From a virus (lineage: Duplodnaviria > Caudoviricetes): a stretch of DNA of 64,000 bases. Each line of letters opens with the position of its first letter. The first letter of the stretch is position 1. The notes under the pieces were generated by a model. The model had not been told where the DNA came from and did not search any database. It worked only from the letters and a program-made list of their open reading frames with translations. Positions 18,501 to 27,216 of this stretch are shown piece by piece. The stretch is taken from IMG/VR virus record IMGVR_UViG_3300021295_000003, positions 32,001 through 96,000 of that record. The stretch is one strand, 5' to 3'. Position numbers and translations under genes: made by a program.

Positions 18501-21287
18501 AGCATTCATCTCCGCCCCAGTCTTTTTCAAAGCTTCGGCTAATGCTACCATTTGCTCTTTAAACTTTTCAGTTGAAGCATTATTTAATTTCTCTAATGCC
18601 TCTTGAACTTTTGTTATTTGGGAAAGATAATTACTGTATCCTCCAACGGTTTGTCTTCCTTGGTATTCGGTGGCTGATCCTCTTGTTCCAACACCACTAT
18701 TTAATTTCCACATTGCAGACGCTAAATGAGTAGTACGTTGATAGAATATACTTTCACGGTCTATTCCTTCAAGTAATTTAAAGTTAAATGTATTTAAAAC
18801 TTGTGTAGTTCTAACCATTGAGTCTGTTAGTTTATTATATCCTTGTGTTACATAATTAAGGCGTTCTTGTGTTTTTTGGAATGTATTATTAATTTTAGTC
18901 CAGTTTTCGTTGATTTCAGCAGTTCTTGTCATTCTACTAATAATCTCATTAGTTTCTGACTCAAAACGATTAAATTCAGTATTAACCTCTTTAATGGTAT
19001 TAGAAATCCCTCTTAACGCCCATACAAACTCTTGGGTAGCAGAAACACTTCTTCCAGTATCAGAGAATTTAGCAATTGCTTTATCAATCTCGGAAGCGGT
19101 TCTTTTAACAGTAATCTCTGCCTCCGCCCATACTTTTAAATAATTCTGAATATTCTGTGTTTTAATTTGTTTATTAGCAATTTCTTCTATAACATTGCCC
19201 CATTGCCTATAAAAATTTATAACTTCTGCATTTGGCATTCCAAATGGGTTAAGAGCGTCCGCTGCTTTTGTACCTTTAATGTTACGTTTAACCATCATAG
19301 CGTCAAGGACATACCCTTCGGCTCGTTGGGCTTCTCGTATTGCTTTTAACTGTTTTCCAGTTTCTGTGAAGTGTCTTCCTTGTGTACCTTTGTTTAACTC
19401 GTTATTTAACTTTTTAGCTTCGGTTGTGGCTTTTTTTTCTTCGTTAGTTAATTCTTCCAAAGGTTCAACAAGTTTAGGAATATTATTTTTATCTCCTATG
19501 TTTTCCACTTCTTTATCAAGTTTAGCGGTTTCTTTTACGGCTTTTTCTTCTTCTTCGGTTAATTCAATAATAGGCTCAACAAGACGAGGGATATTATTCT
19601 TATCTCCAAGTTCAGAAACTTCCTTGTCTAATTTAGCTGCTGCTTTACCTGCTTTTTCTTCTTCATTAGATAATTGTTTTATGGAGTTTACTCTTTGTTG
19701 GATTTCTTTGAAGTTACTTACACGGTCACTTAAAGTTCCACGATTATTAACTCCTACATTACTCATTCGGAGTTTTTTAAGTTGATTAGATAATTTAGCA
19801 GTTTCCTTTTCTGCATTCTTTTCAGAGGAGGTTAATTCTTTTACTTCTTGTGATACGGTTTTAACTTCATTACCTTTCCCCACTTTTTTAACTTCATTAT
19901 TGAGTTTTGTAGCTTCTACGGTTGCTTTACTTTCTTCTTTGGAAACCTCTTGAAAACTCTTCTTAACTTCTTCAACAGACTTTAAAGCAGATTTATCAAT
20001 ATATCCGAAATTTCGTCCAGCAATTTTAACAAATTTTTCAGGGTCACGTGAAGGGTACAATGAAGCCCCCATTCTCATAAGTGCATCTGACCATAACTTA
20101 TCAAATTCTCCTCTACTTTTAACTAATGGTTTAAATTGACTTTTTAATTGTTCATAAACCGGTTTTAATTCTACTGACCTTCCACTCATTGGAGCAATTG
20201 TTTTATACAACTCTTTTGTGAAACTTTTGTTTAAATCTGTTCCCACCTTACGATATTGAGCAGAAGTTTTCTTTGCTTGGGCTTCGGTTTTTTTCAAAGA
20301 CTCATTCAGTTTTTCAGTAGACTTAACCTCTGCGTCCAAACCTTTATCTTTACCCACTTTTGACAATTCACTATTTAACTTTGAAACTTCCCCTGCGGCT
20401 TTACGTGGAACAATCTCCATCTGCTCCAATTCTTTCAAAGTATTATGTAAATCCCATTTTTCAATTCTTTGGAAATTTGCGGCTCCCCCATTGAAATCTA
20501 ATGCACTTTTACGTGACCCGAACATTTTCTCCAATTTTTCAAGGTTATGAATGTTCTTTTTAAGCTCCTTGTCTATATCTCCCGGCATTACCAACTTTCT
20601 GAGAGGACTTTCATCAAGAATAGGTATCTGTTTACCCCACGCTTTTAACCCCTCTCCTATTTCATCTGTTAATCCATAGCTTAACCTTTTTATATCCCTA
20701 TATAGAGTCCTATCAATCCCTTCAAGAGCGGTTTGGTATTTTTTAGGTAATTGGTCGAAATTATCCCATAATTCTTCGTAGGAATATTTGGTTTTTCCGC
20801 TTAAATCTAATTTTTGTGTTTTTTTCTTTGAGGCAGCGAGTTTTTCGTTGGCTTTGGTTTCTTGGTTGATTATTTTTATATTGTCTTGTACTGCTTTGGT
20901 TTCTGTTTTTATTGCGTCTGCATTGGATTTATGAGATTTAACAGTATTATCTACACTTTTTTTAACATTATCAAGGGTAGTTTGGCTTTTCTTTAATTCA
21001 TTATTAGCGTTTTTAATTTCTTTTGTTAAAGATTTGTTTTCATCACGGAGATTATTTAATTGTTTCTTATAATCTTTACACTTGGTTTCTAAATCTTCTA
21101 TTTTAGTAGTGGACTGTTTTAACTGTTCTTGAACTTCTTTTAACTGTTTATTAACGTCCATTAATCCATTATTCTGTAACTGTGCTTTCAAAGAGTCCAC
21201 TTTACTCTGCAATTGTTTAACCTTATTATCAAAGTCCGAAGTGTCTAACTCAATCTTTGCACTTACGCTTCCAGCTGTATATGGCAA
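12552..21287 (-). CDS. Tape measure protein with C-terminal transglutaminase-like domain
   Basis: 2911 aa, TTG start after GGGGA; AGSVSAKIELDTSDF N-terminus, coiled coils, hydrophobic Ala/Gly-rich segments; C-terminal NCWDG...GHVWA...IIDPT triad. Confidence 0.92.
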   Translation of the reverse strand: MPYTAGSVSAKIELDTSDFDNKVKQLQSKVDSLKAQLQNNGLMDVNKQLKEVQEQLKQSTTKIEDLETKCKDYKKQLNNLRDENKSLTKEIKNANNELKKSQTTLDNVKKSVDNTVKSHKSNADAIKTETKAVQDNIKIINQETKANEKLAASKKKTQKLDLSGKTKYSYEELWDNFDQLPKKYQTALEGIDRTLYRDIKRLSYGLTDEIGEGLKAWGKQIPILDESPLRKLVMPGDIDKELKKNIHNLEKLEKMFGSRKSALDFNGGAANFQRIEKWDLHNTLKELEQMEIVPRKAAGEVSKLNSELSKVGKDKGLDAEVKSTEKLNESLKKTEAQAKKTSAQYRKVGTDLNKSFTKELYKTIAPMSGRSVELKPVYEQLKSQFKPLVKSRGEFDKLWSDALMRMGASLYPSRDPEKFVKIAGRNFGYIDKSALKSVEEVKKSFQEVSKEESKATVEATKLNNEVKKVGKGNEVKTVSQEVKELTSSEKNAEKETAKLSNQLKKLRMSNVGVNNRGTLSDRVSNFKEIQQRVNSIKQLSNEEEKAGKAAAKLDKEVSELGDKNNIPRLVEPIIELTEEEEKAVKETAKLDKEVENIGDKNNIPKLVEPLEELTNEEKKATTEAKKLNNELNKGTQGRHFTETGKQLKAIREAQRAEGYVLDAMMVKRNIKGTKAADALNPFGMPNAEVINFYRQWGNVIEEIANKQIKTQNIQNYLKVWAEAEITVKRTASEIDKAIAKFSDTGRSVSATQEFVWALRGISNTIKEVNTEFNRFESETNEIISRMTRTAEINENWTKINNTFQKTQERLNYVTQGYNKLTDSMVRTTQVLNTFNFKLLEGIDRESIFYQRTTHLASAMWKLNSGVGTRGSATEYQGRQTVGGYSNYLSQITKVQEALEKLNNASTEKFKEQMVALAEALKKTGAEMNAFSNKAHMVMSSMDSMGMSNELAGKLSRISRELSHFSSISSKNKSALAKLSQQTTIYRDKLNVLETAFKKGEITAQTYESELTKLANKLKLLGSSSQQAIRELSLGNSELTKTGVNARNTGRGLTSFNNGVTQTAHSGRILSNTLYQIRGALLSLKMIFTAMGGMALWGFASQIAEGIKTTVTAKNEMEAQLKQNDKVGEGGIKYFRKELDKLTKTYKKVNKYSIGETVSSIGLEFDLTAKQMKDALPIVTMIQSEYVRAGRKSEEAALAVKDILQGEFQRLSRETGVGKEELVAYGWDEDKTNIDGLLKALKKAALDRHWDVFAKKATSLNDVLTITQSRFEETGADLLDSASPMIVEAFNMIIGAIDSVSTSFNSLNSFWRSFLWIGGGGALFGGILTALPMVTKGMGLADIATIGWSKSIATAALNLNKAEVAQYGFRRALAAVISGTKASEVANTRWTKSIMGRLLGVNQTVLAEKGYGKALLHNKALLKEGIDIERISFLERDKNGKLTGKLSKLELTRSQRLAYLTNNIKLSEAAELSRGKAILKTATSWKVLGLAIRGVMAIGIVAWLSSMAVQADLVKKRVEAFNEIVETGSDKLKEAKEESASYQKIMDKYANATSKEDKNKYAQAKANKAIVDGNVKELETANKLAKSYKAQNDEREKSIKLAQSSFRKQNLMAAGHSETEATEKQAFWVDKINQAQYEITNSYNKQYDWLEASSKHISENLEHMNETNRTQKDMDKYIMEYSTVAEEAGEHLKQFYQGDLMAGAYFAIDNLKLLWIDIWNNDAFLNFWKAVQKTWDDLKPTAYAIKDALVGIGEALLNFFGTESGRWVFAIGALGTGLGLIGLKIGKWVSGSDSVFEVLKKVGGKLKDVAKGWKDVKDNAEDAIEKTGGSTSTSTGGINGDVDKTKAKTPFKETLKSDAQNYARAAIGIVAGMLLITEAIILLKAPMWGLAEVGKQFKAQEPEIQAGIEGLKMISPVLAVLLPAVVGLSLIMDKYAPSYTQIVTGTLKAAIGIVAGMLLVAETIVMIIPSIWAIGALGDQYSGIQAQVQKGTQAMKIVSDSLMYLAPFIPALALAIATVAIAFANPILGAIMGTAITLGIPIGMLWVAETIWSLEYPLQQIGALGDKFTDLSNVQQGAEAIKLTAEALGYVEQAMSAFALIAWDSLATAVANLIGVKIGADLTQLTGEGGFFSQLETFITDFNKLEITQIDSAKVTTLSESATGIDSVKTALVTVKEALKDLPNFETDTRSPNEKYQDAVSGAATADTNGVTNYFEQLKQPIDQLNEFVKNFNENITVEPINPDKVAALQNSANGISAIQTAIDAVKNAMGSAVDASWQGNMASGGILGAAVGYLIGDGNPQASGLKSGLDELYMSVKDIMNFNTKINGLTATGSGDTSGVTNASNVVSALQTQINNTKTTLTGAIPTVKATAKNMGTAIVSGVKEGLTSLNSDVSSALTGLSDTMSSKGKGLGEKLSNGFKDNAKIKSTVETEVGYALQYLDERKQDFYDRGAALGTSLSNGFKDNNGLDQHSPGKMARAVSDEMGYIGQALTNTGGLNLPQMASQLAQSLTTNFNPTFGLGNIQLPNLDQFKQSISTILPTVTGMKSQVVTNFNAMKTGIQSSFTNIVAKTRSSLSNMKAATIGNIGNIKTSWRGMQDALIASADHIKTQTGQKINKLKSNLGEFWNKIKHPDQLIGSQGGHTGSIRRRFTGGRANGHYAGGTISRSQSLFKGRRSSGQPSDNSMLEYLKCMMETGKPCYAGGWNFNWTNKISKKFKGWNTHFGAYHLDDFLNVGKFENSNFPVKGRADVAKQYIFDVIRATDYDKYFDSNFGDDPVAALRAGAFNCWDGTNIVLAIARAFGFEGSRGHGTWNGIGHVWANIPGLGIIDPTAIQNRGSFTSSAVKGYNAGSMPRRYATKGDVPTNGGDTYNTNIEINVHGNDVEVNNKRIDERSGKQILDILGINPATGN

Positions 21288-21558
21288 TTTTATAATCCCC
21301 CGTTTAATTTAATTAGTTAAAATCCTGATCCGTAGGTAAGCGGTAGGATTTTCACCTACCTGTCCGAATAAAAAAAATTAGTAGTTCAATTTCACCTACC
21401 TACGGCGAAAGGTGAAAATATGAACATAAGTATAGGTACTGCCTCCAAAATGGTTTATTGGAGGAAGTCCTAAAATATCGTATCTTAACCATTAGAGGCA
21501 GATACCTAAATAAAGTAAAAGAGGATTTGCACCTCTTCAAAGAATACTATTTTTACTT

Positions 21559-22086
21559 TTAAATGAGTTTTGGAGGTATATCCCCTCCTCCACGTTTTAT
21601 AATACTTTCCAAGTATTTTGTGGAATGGTCTAATAATTCTCGTCCAGACATATATACTCCACGTTCAATAGCATATTTATGCCTTGCTCCACTTGGAGTA
21701 GCCCATTTATCTACCCCTGTTTCTTGATAGAACGCATAATCTCTTTCGATTATTCCCATTTCTTTATCCCCAAATTCAAACCATACTTTGGAGTCCGGAC
21801 TATGAGGTAATCGCATACCAGTATAAATGGCTTCTAATGTTGTTATTTCCCCATTAGAGAGTATTTGCCAATATTCTTCTTCTTGCCCACTTATATACAA
21901 GTTTGGGTTAAATTCAGTAGACATTCTTGGAGCAATATACCCATCTTCCTCTCCTTCGTGTCCTACCATTAATCGAGCCATTTTCTTTATCTCTTTTTCA
22001 GTAGTTTGGTGGAGAGTATTATAGATGTAGTCAAAGTATTCACTTATGGTGTCTTCTTTGATTGTTATTTTAGCATTAGTCTTCAT
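21559..22086 (-). CDS. HK97 gp10-like tail/neck component
   Basis: DYAFYQETG resembles the YAxYxExGT motif of this family. Confidence 0.45.
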   Translation of the reverse strand: MKTNAKITIKEDTISEYFDYIYNTLHQTTEKEIKKMARLMVGHEGEEDGYIAPRMSTEFNPNLYISGQEEEYWQILSNGEITTLEAIYTGMRLPHSPDSKVWFEFGDKEMGIIERDYAFYQETGVDKWATPSGARHKYAIERGVYMSGRELLDHSTKYLESIIKRGGGDIPPKLI

Positions 22087-22402
22087 TGAACATTTCCTCG
22101 TATAAGTCTTCGACTTCTGGGTTGTTTTGGCTTTCTGGTTTGTCTTTGTTTAATTCTCGGTTTTCCTCATCGATTACATCTAATTCCATACAGTATAATT
22201 TAGATGTAGTCCAAGTGTCAGCTTTCCAAAAATCATCAAGACTCCAACCTAACCCTTTTATTCTATGTGCTAATAAAAAATACATCTCCAATAAACCCTG
22301 TTCAATAGCCCAAGCCATTGAGGTGTTCATTGGAGTTAATCGTATTTCTTCATCGTTATTTTCTGTTTTAGAGTTGTTTTTGTCTTTCACGAAAACTGGC
22401 AA
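22076..22402 (-). CDS. Tail assembly chaperone, second ORF (probable frameshift extension)
   Basis: Overlaps upstream chaperone in the +1 frame; LGWSLDDFWKAD resembles gpT-like segments. Confidence 0.6.
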   Translation of the reverse strand: MPVFVKDKNNSKTENNDEEIRLTPMNTSMAWAIEQGLLEMYFLLAHRIKGLGWSLDDFWKADTWTTSKLYCMELDVIDEENRELNKDKPESQNNPEVEDLYEEMFNED

Positions 22403-22946
22403 TGTCTTCCCTTATTTCGTTTTGGATTTTAGACTCTCTTTCACCGACCATACACATCTCGTAGTATTTGCTGATATTGGCAGCGATACGGTTGTCGATT
22501 GCGTCGGCTTTTTCGAGGAACTCTTTTGCGGTTATTCCATCGAGAATGGCTTCCATTTTACGTGCCATTATATCGTTTAATTCAGAGTCTAATTTGCTTG
22601 TTAAGTCTTCGTTTTCTTTGTTGAATTGTTTAACTTTATCTAAATGTTTTTCTTGTTTTTCCAAGAGTTTATCAAGTTCATCTTGCAATTTGAGGATTGT
22701 GTCGATGTCTTCTTCATCACCTTTATCTTCAAGTAATCTTATTCTTCTTTCTTTACTTTCGATTTGGCGGTCGATTTTTTCTCCTTCACGGTTAATGAGT
22801 TCAGACTCATCGGTTAAAGGTTCGATTTCTTTGATTTTTGCTTCCATTTCTTCGTCGAATGATTTTAAGACTTCATTCGGACATCTTTTGAAGTAATATT
22901 CGCCACCACAAATTGCTATACTTGTTTGAGTAAATTCTCTTGCCAT
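22368..22946 (-). CDS. Tail assembly chaperone
   Basis: GGAGG RBS, helical acidic protein between major tail and tape measure genes. Confidence 0.65.
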   Translation of the reverse strand: MAREFTQTSIAICGGEYYFKRCPNEVLKSFDEEMEAKIKEIEPLTDESELINREGEKIDRQIESKERRIRLLEDKGDEEDIDTILKLQDELDKLLEKQEKHLDKVKQFNKENEDLTSKLDSELNDIMARKMEAILDGITAKEFLEKADAIDNRIAANISKYYEMCMVGERESKIQNEIREDIASFRERQKQL

Positions 22947-22971
22947 AATTAACTTCCTCCTATGTGTTATG

Positions 22972-23043
22972 TGGGAACAGACGGATTTGAACCGTCATCA
23001 ATGGGTTTGGAGTCCATTATGATAGCCATTACACTATGCTCCC
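22972..23043 (-). tRNA. tRNA-Trp(CCA), intronless
   Basis: Minus strand: acceptor GGGAGCA/TGTTCCC + A, anticodon arm ATGGA-CTCCAAA-CCCAT, T arm GACGG-TTCAAAT-CCGTC; no encoded CCA end. Confidence 0.9.
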
Positions 23044-23045
23044 CT

Positions 23046-23085
23046 AAAAAATAAAAAAAATAAACTTCTCCATTTATGGAGAAGC
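23046..23085 (-). terminator. Hairpin plus T-run after major tail gene
   Basis: CTTCTCCAT-AA-ATGGAGAAG followed by long T tracts on the minus strand. Confidence 0.5.
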
Positions 23086-23089
23086 TGGT

Positions 23090-24319
23090 TTATTCACCTG
23101 TAATTTGGGCTTCACTTGCTTTTAAAGCGTCTAATGTAGTTCCTTCGTTGTCAATGTGTAAATCTTCAAGGAAGGTAGTCATATCTACGGATAAGTAGGA
23201 TTGTTCAGGTTTTTCCAAGATTTTAAACTCCATAGTTAAATCTTTGGCTTCGTCACCTGATTTTGGGGACTCTACATTAGTTAATTCACAAACAGGACAT
23301 TTGATTAAACATTCAAATGGAATACCAGTATCAATAGTGTAGGTAGTAACTTCTTGACCGTCTACTGTGGTGGTATTGGTTTCGATGATTTTTTCTCCTT
23401 CCGCAATGGTGTTGGAATTAGACCATCTTGGTATAGAACCTCCGTATGCTCTAAACCATACTTGTTTGTGGGTAATTTCTTCGCTAACTACGTGTCCGTA
23501 CTTATTGAACGCTTCGTACTCAGGTTCAAAGAGTTTAGTTCCATCTACCCAAGGCATAGTAATACTACCTTCGGCTTCTCTTGCTCCCATAATCTTTGTG
23601 TTTTTACCAAATTCGTCAGCGTGACAAGATTGTGACTCTGCGTTATGGTTAATAGTAATAGAAGCTTCGGTGAAACAGTCAATAGGCACTTGTAACATTT
23701 CTTCTGCACTTGCTCCAACAGCTCCAACGTACACTTGGGTGTGTACTGCTTTTGCAAAGTAACTATTGGTTGGGAAACTCCTTGTAGGGTTTAATAAGTT
23801 GAAGTTGTTATAATCTGAAACGAAAGTTGGGTTAATTGTAGGTGCTTCGTCTGCACTAAAATTAATTTCTAATTCGTTTAAGAGTGCGTGGTTGAATACT
23901 CTTGCGTCGGTTTGGGTTTTAGCGAAACCATTGTAGATGGTTGCTAATGGTAATTCTTTATCGACGTCCGGTGGCATTTCAAAGTGGAAATCGTAGACAT
24001 CAGTACCGGTAGCGTGAGCTTGTTTGGTATAAGTACCTAATAAGAGGTAGAAGTAGTCTTCTAATCCTTCACCGTATCTGAATTTGTCTTCCCAAGATGG
24101 GCTTGACTCTGCGGTGGTACGGTATGAACCCATATCTAAATTAGATACACCGGTGTGTCCTTCGTCTGTTTCGGTTTCAATTTCGTTTCCGTCTTCAAAT
24201 CCAGTTTGTCTGATAGAAACGAGGTCTTTTGCATATTTGGTGGAGTCTTTTGCTAACTCTTCACTCAAAATTCCCATTTTAGTATAATGGAAACTTGCAT
24301 TTGGTGCTATATCAGCCAT
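23090..24319 (-). CDS. Major tail (tube) protein
   Basis: 409 aa, position before chaperones; LNELEINFS and GAREAEGSIT tube-like strands. Confidence 0.75.
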   Translation of the reverse strand: MADIAPNASFHYTKMGILSEELAKDSTKYAKDLVSIRQTGFEDGNEIETETDEGHTGVSNLDMGSYRTTAESSPSWEDKFRYGEGLEDYFYLLLGTYTKQAHATGTDVYDFHFEMPPDVDKELPLATIYNGFAKTQTDARVFNHALLNELEINFSADEAPTINPTFVSDYNNFNLLNPTRSFPTNSYFAKAVHTQVYVGAVGASAEEMLQVPIDCFTEASITINHNAESQSCHADEFGKNTKIMGAREAEGSITMPWVDGTKLFEPEYEAFNKYGHVVSEEITHKQVWFRAYGGSIPRWSNSNTIAEGEKIIETNTTTVDGQEVTTYTIDTGIPFECLIKCPVCELTNVESPKSGDEAKDLTMEFKILEKPEQSYLSVDMTTFLEDLHIDNEGTTLDALKASEAQITGE

Positions 24320-24553
24320 CTATTTTTCCTCCTTTTTGTCTTTTTTTTCCTTTTTAGGTTTAATTACTTTTTTAGGTTCATTATAAACCTCGTAATTTCC
24401 ATTAATTTTAATACGATTGATTAAATACTCGTTGGAGTCAGGTACATCAATTATCATTCCATTGAATAATTGTTGCTGTGGTTTCATTACTTTATTTAAT
24501 ACAAGGTCTATGTCTTTGTACCCATTTCCTCCAATCCATTTAAATTTAGCCAT
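24320..24553 (-). CDS. Small virion-module protein
   Basis: 77 aa, abuts neighbours, Lys-rich tail. Confidence 0.55.
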   Translation of the reverse strand: MAKFKWIGGNGYKDIDLVLNKVMKPQQQLFNGMIIDVPDSNEYLINRIKINGNYEVYNEPKKVIKPKKEKKDKKEEK

Positions 24554-24554
24554 T

Positions 24555-25001
24555 TTAATACCTCAATAAATAACTTAAAACAATCATAGATGAGTATAAA
24601 GTCTTACTTCCTTTATAGGACTCTGCGTCCTCACGGTTATTCCTCATTGCACGTATTTCAGATGTTTGTAAGAATGTTAAGTCAAGATTTGATGTTAATA
24701 ATAAATTATCAATTATTTCTTTCATTGACTCTGCATACTTGGTTAATCGTAGAGTTATACTACGTGGGTGGTTTGTATTATGTATAATGATTATATCGAG
24801 TTGCCTTTCATAAACACAACCAGTAGCGTCCAATTGATAAGGTTTCCCTTGCAATACTATTTCGGTTGTAGTCATATTATCAGGGATCAGCTCAATCATA
24901 TCCCATCTGACAGGAACTTTATTAAAATCTGTGTCATCAGTTATGGCTTTCCCTAATTGTTCTAATACTACTGCATACCTTGACATATTCTCGGTATCCA
25001 T
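24555..25001 (-). CDS. Putative tail terminator / neck protein
   Basis: Size and position upstream of the major tail gene. Confidence 0.45.
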   Translation of the reverse strand: MDTENMSRYAVVLEQLGKAITDDTDFNKVPVRWDMIELIPDNMTTTEIVLQGKPYQLDATGCVYERQLDIIIIHNTNHPRSITLRLTKYAESMKEIIDNLLLTSNLDLTFLQTSEIRAMRNNREDAESYKGSKTLYSSMIVLSYLLRY

Positions 25002-25004
25002 AGT

Positions 25005-25811
25005 TTACCACTTCCTGCGTCCTACTCTGAATAATTGCATTTGAATGTATTCTTCGTTTCGATTATTCTCGATGTTGGATAGGTAATTGGCAATTGCGGA
25101 GTCTACTTTTCCGAATAATCTGTCTGCATAGTTGTTAGACTCTGATTTAGGTTCTTTCATTGGTTTGGCTTCGTATTCCCAACGTGTTAGCCAAGCGAAT
25201 GCTCCTGCTGCCATATAAACGTATCTTTGAAGAGTTTTCGGTATTTCTATTGTACCTGTTTTCTCTTTTTTCATATCGTTAAGTCCACGAAATACGTAGT
25301 CTTCTCCGCTGTAACAGGCTTTTTCTATATCGGTTAAGGTATAGGTGTAGTCTAAACTTTTTATTATGAGGTTGAGTATTTCTACACCTGTTACATCTGT
25401 TCCGAAATCGATTTTTATACTTTCGAGTCCTGTGAGTTCACGGGTGAGGTCTACTGCGGTATTGTTTCGGTCTATCTCAAATAAAAGAATGTCTTCTTTA
25501 TCTGATGATATTTCGGTGTTCTTTGGTTTTACTGATAGGACACTTGCATTTCCGTTAAGTAGTGGACTAAAACTTAAAGTAATATTAGATACATCTACCT
25601 CAACTTGGTGACAATTGATAAAAACTTGCACATAATCAGTACCCTCAAACTCCGCATAGATTAATGGCAAGACAATACTATCTCCTTCAACAAAAGTTTC
25701 TTCTGTAAAGCAGACTGGTTCTTGTCTATCTACACGTGCTTTTGGTAAATATTCCAAGACTTTATAATAATCTTTCATTGTGAATTTAGAGGTCTTATCC
25801 TCTGTTATCAT
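25005..25811 (-). CDS. Putative head-tail adaptor
   Basis: GGAGG RBS; position after capsid; helical C-terminal part IPKTLQRYVYMAAGA. Confidence 0.45.
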   Translation of the reverse strand: MITEDKTSKFTMKDYYKVLEYLPKARVDRQEPVCFTEETFVEGDSIVLPLIYAEFEGTDYVQVFINCHQVEVDVSNITLSFSPLLNGNASVLSVKPKNTEISSDKEDILLFEIDRNNTAVDLTRELTGLESIKIDFGTDVTGVEILNLIIKSLDYTYTLTDIEKACYSGEDYVFRGLNDMKKEKTGTIEIPKTLQRYVYMAAGAFAWLTRWEYEAKPMKEPKSESNNYADRLFGKVDSAIANYLSNIENNRNEEYIQMQLFRVGRRKW

Positions 25812-25839
25812 AGGTTAAAAACCTCCATTTATAATTTTT

Positions 25840-26301
25840 TTAGTCTAATGTTATATCGAAATGATTATTAGTTTTACTAACTTCAATAGGAGTCCAACGT
25901 GAAGAAAGTTCTACATCACCAGTTGGGTTCCCAGTAGCCATTACTCTATAACTGCCTGTTGGAATGTCCCTTATTGTGCAACCTCCTTGACTACCAGTAG
26001 TTCCAGTTCCTATTGTAGTAGGCGTTTCCTCATCTGTACCTATGGTTACAGTAGCATTATTAACAGGGTTTCCATTAGCAGTTACTGTAAAACTAACCTC
26101 TATTGAGCCAGTAGTAGGTTCAGATGTGCTACTTTGAGAGTCAGTAGAGGAAGAGTCATTAGACTCTCCTCCACTACCATTAGCATTCTCTAATGCCTCT
26201 AATCTATCCTCAAAATCCTGTAAAAGAGAGAATAACCTAACCTTTTGGATTTTACCCCTTTTCAACAATTTAACTTTGATACCTTGAAACATCAGTATCA
26301 A
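25840..26301 (-). CDS. Ig-like (carboxypeptidase regulatory-like) domain protein, possible head appendage
   Basis: Ser-rich linker then GNPVNNATVTI...GTTGSQGGCTIRDIPTGSYRVMA; real start may be the ATG near 26292. Confidence 0.6.
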   Translation of the reverse strand: MILMFQGIKVKLLKRGKIQKVRLFSLLQDFEDRLEALENANGSGGESNDSSSTDSQSSTSEPTTGSIEVSFTVTANGNPVNNATVTIGTDEETPTTIGTGTTGSQGGCTIRDIPTGSYRVMATGNPTGDVELSSRWTPIEVSKTNNHFDITLD

Positions 26302-26308
26302 CTCCTAT

Positions 26309-27202
26309 TTAGATACCTTCTTGGAAGACTACTGCTTTTGGTTCAAGAACTGCAAATCCATATTCAACATACATTTGGATTTTAACACTACGAGGGATTT
26401 CATCTAATTTATCAACACGATTAATGTGGATAAAAGTACCGAAATCATCGTGTAAAAGGTTATCAGTTGGATATACATTGTAATACCATTTAGCAGGTTT
26501 AAGGTTCATATCAATACCAAGTAAACCGCTTTCTAATTCGCCAATACCTTTAAGGGTTGCACCACGTACGTTAGCAGGGTTGAAACCATCATCATTCACA
26601 ACTTCGTAGTAATCTTCTGCTCCCCAATAGGAAGCTTTGGAAGTGAACATATCAGTTAATTTGTAATCGTAACCTTCCTGATTTTCAAAAGCACGTATTA
26701 AGTGTTTCACGTCATCATCAATGTACTCATTACCTTCGGTAGCCCAAGAACCTCCACCAAGAGTAATGGTTGGAGCTTCTGCTGCTTGGGTGAGTACAAC
26801 ATAAGCGTGTCTGTTAAGGGTTCTTGCCATAGCATAACCCATCATATCAGTAGTTAATTGGATTTTATCAGCGTTAATTGGGTCACGGAGTGCTTCTTCG
26901 GTGAACTCTGCTTCAAAACCAATTCTACGCATTTTACCGATGTTACGGCTAATTCCAGTAATTTTAACTTGTGGAAGTTGTGCTGCTTCCATAATTTCAA
27001 CTGGTTCGTGTAAAATACCGTTTACGATTTGTTGTTCTGCGTTAGACTCGTTTCTTGCGAATGCAAAACTATCTCTACCTTCATTGTTCTTTTTCTCGAA
27101 CATTCCAAGCATATTTAAAGTTGGGTTCATCTTTTCAAAGGTAGTGAGTTCGATATTTTCTGGTTGTAATATCTCATCAATTTCTTGTACGATAAGTGAC
27201 AT
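26309..27202 (-). CDS. Major capsid protein (HK97-fold expected)
   Basis: 297 aa; RIGFEAEFTEEAL and C-terminal YVEYGFAVLEPKAV patterns; position after scaffold and decoration genes. Confidence 0.8.
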   Translation of the reverse strand: MSLIVQEIDEILQPENIELTTFEKMNPTLNMLGMFEKKNNEGRDSFAFARNESNAEQQIVNGILHEPVEIMEAAQLPQVKITGISRNIGKMRRIGFEAEFTEEALRDPINADKIQLTTDMMGYAMARTLNRHAYVVLTQAAEAPTITLGGGSWATEGNEYIDDDVKHLIRAFENQEGYDYKLTDMFTSKASYWGAEDYYEVVNDDGFNPANVRGATLKGIGELESGLLGIDMNLKPAKWYYNVYPTDNLLHDDFGTFIHINRVDKLDEIPRSVKIQMYVEYGFAVLEPKAVVFQEGI

Positions 27203-27216
27203 AAAAATAATCCTCC

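Noticed and set aside
19400-19640. Internal duplication GDKNNIP(R/K)LVEP in the tape measure gene
   Set aside because: Real, but ordinary for tape measure length variation.
22972-23043. tRNA as an integration (att) site
   Set aside because: It lies mid-operon, far from the integrase, and no duplicated 3' fragment was found.
25840-26320. Capsid read-through or frameshift into the Ig-like ORF
   Set aside because: The downstream ORF has its own AGGAG RBS and I see no slippery site.
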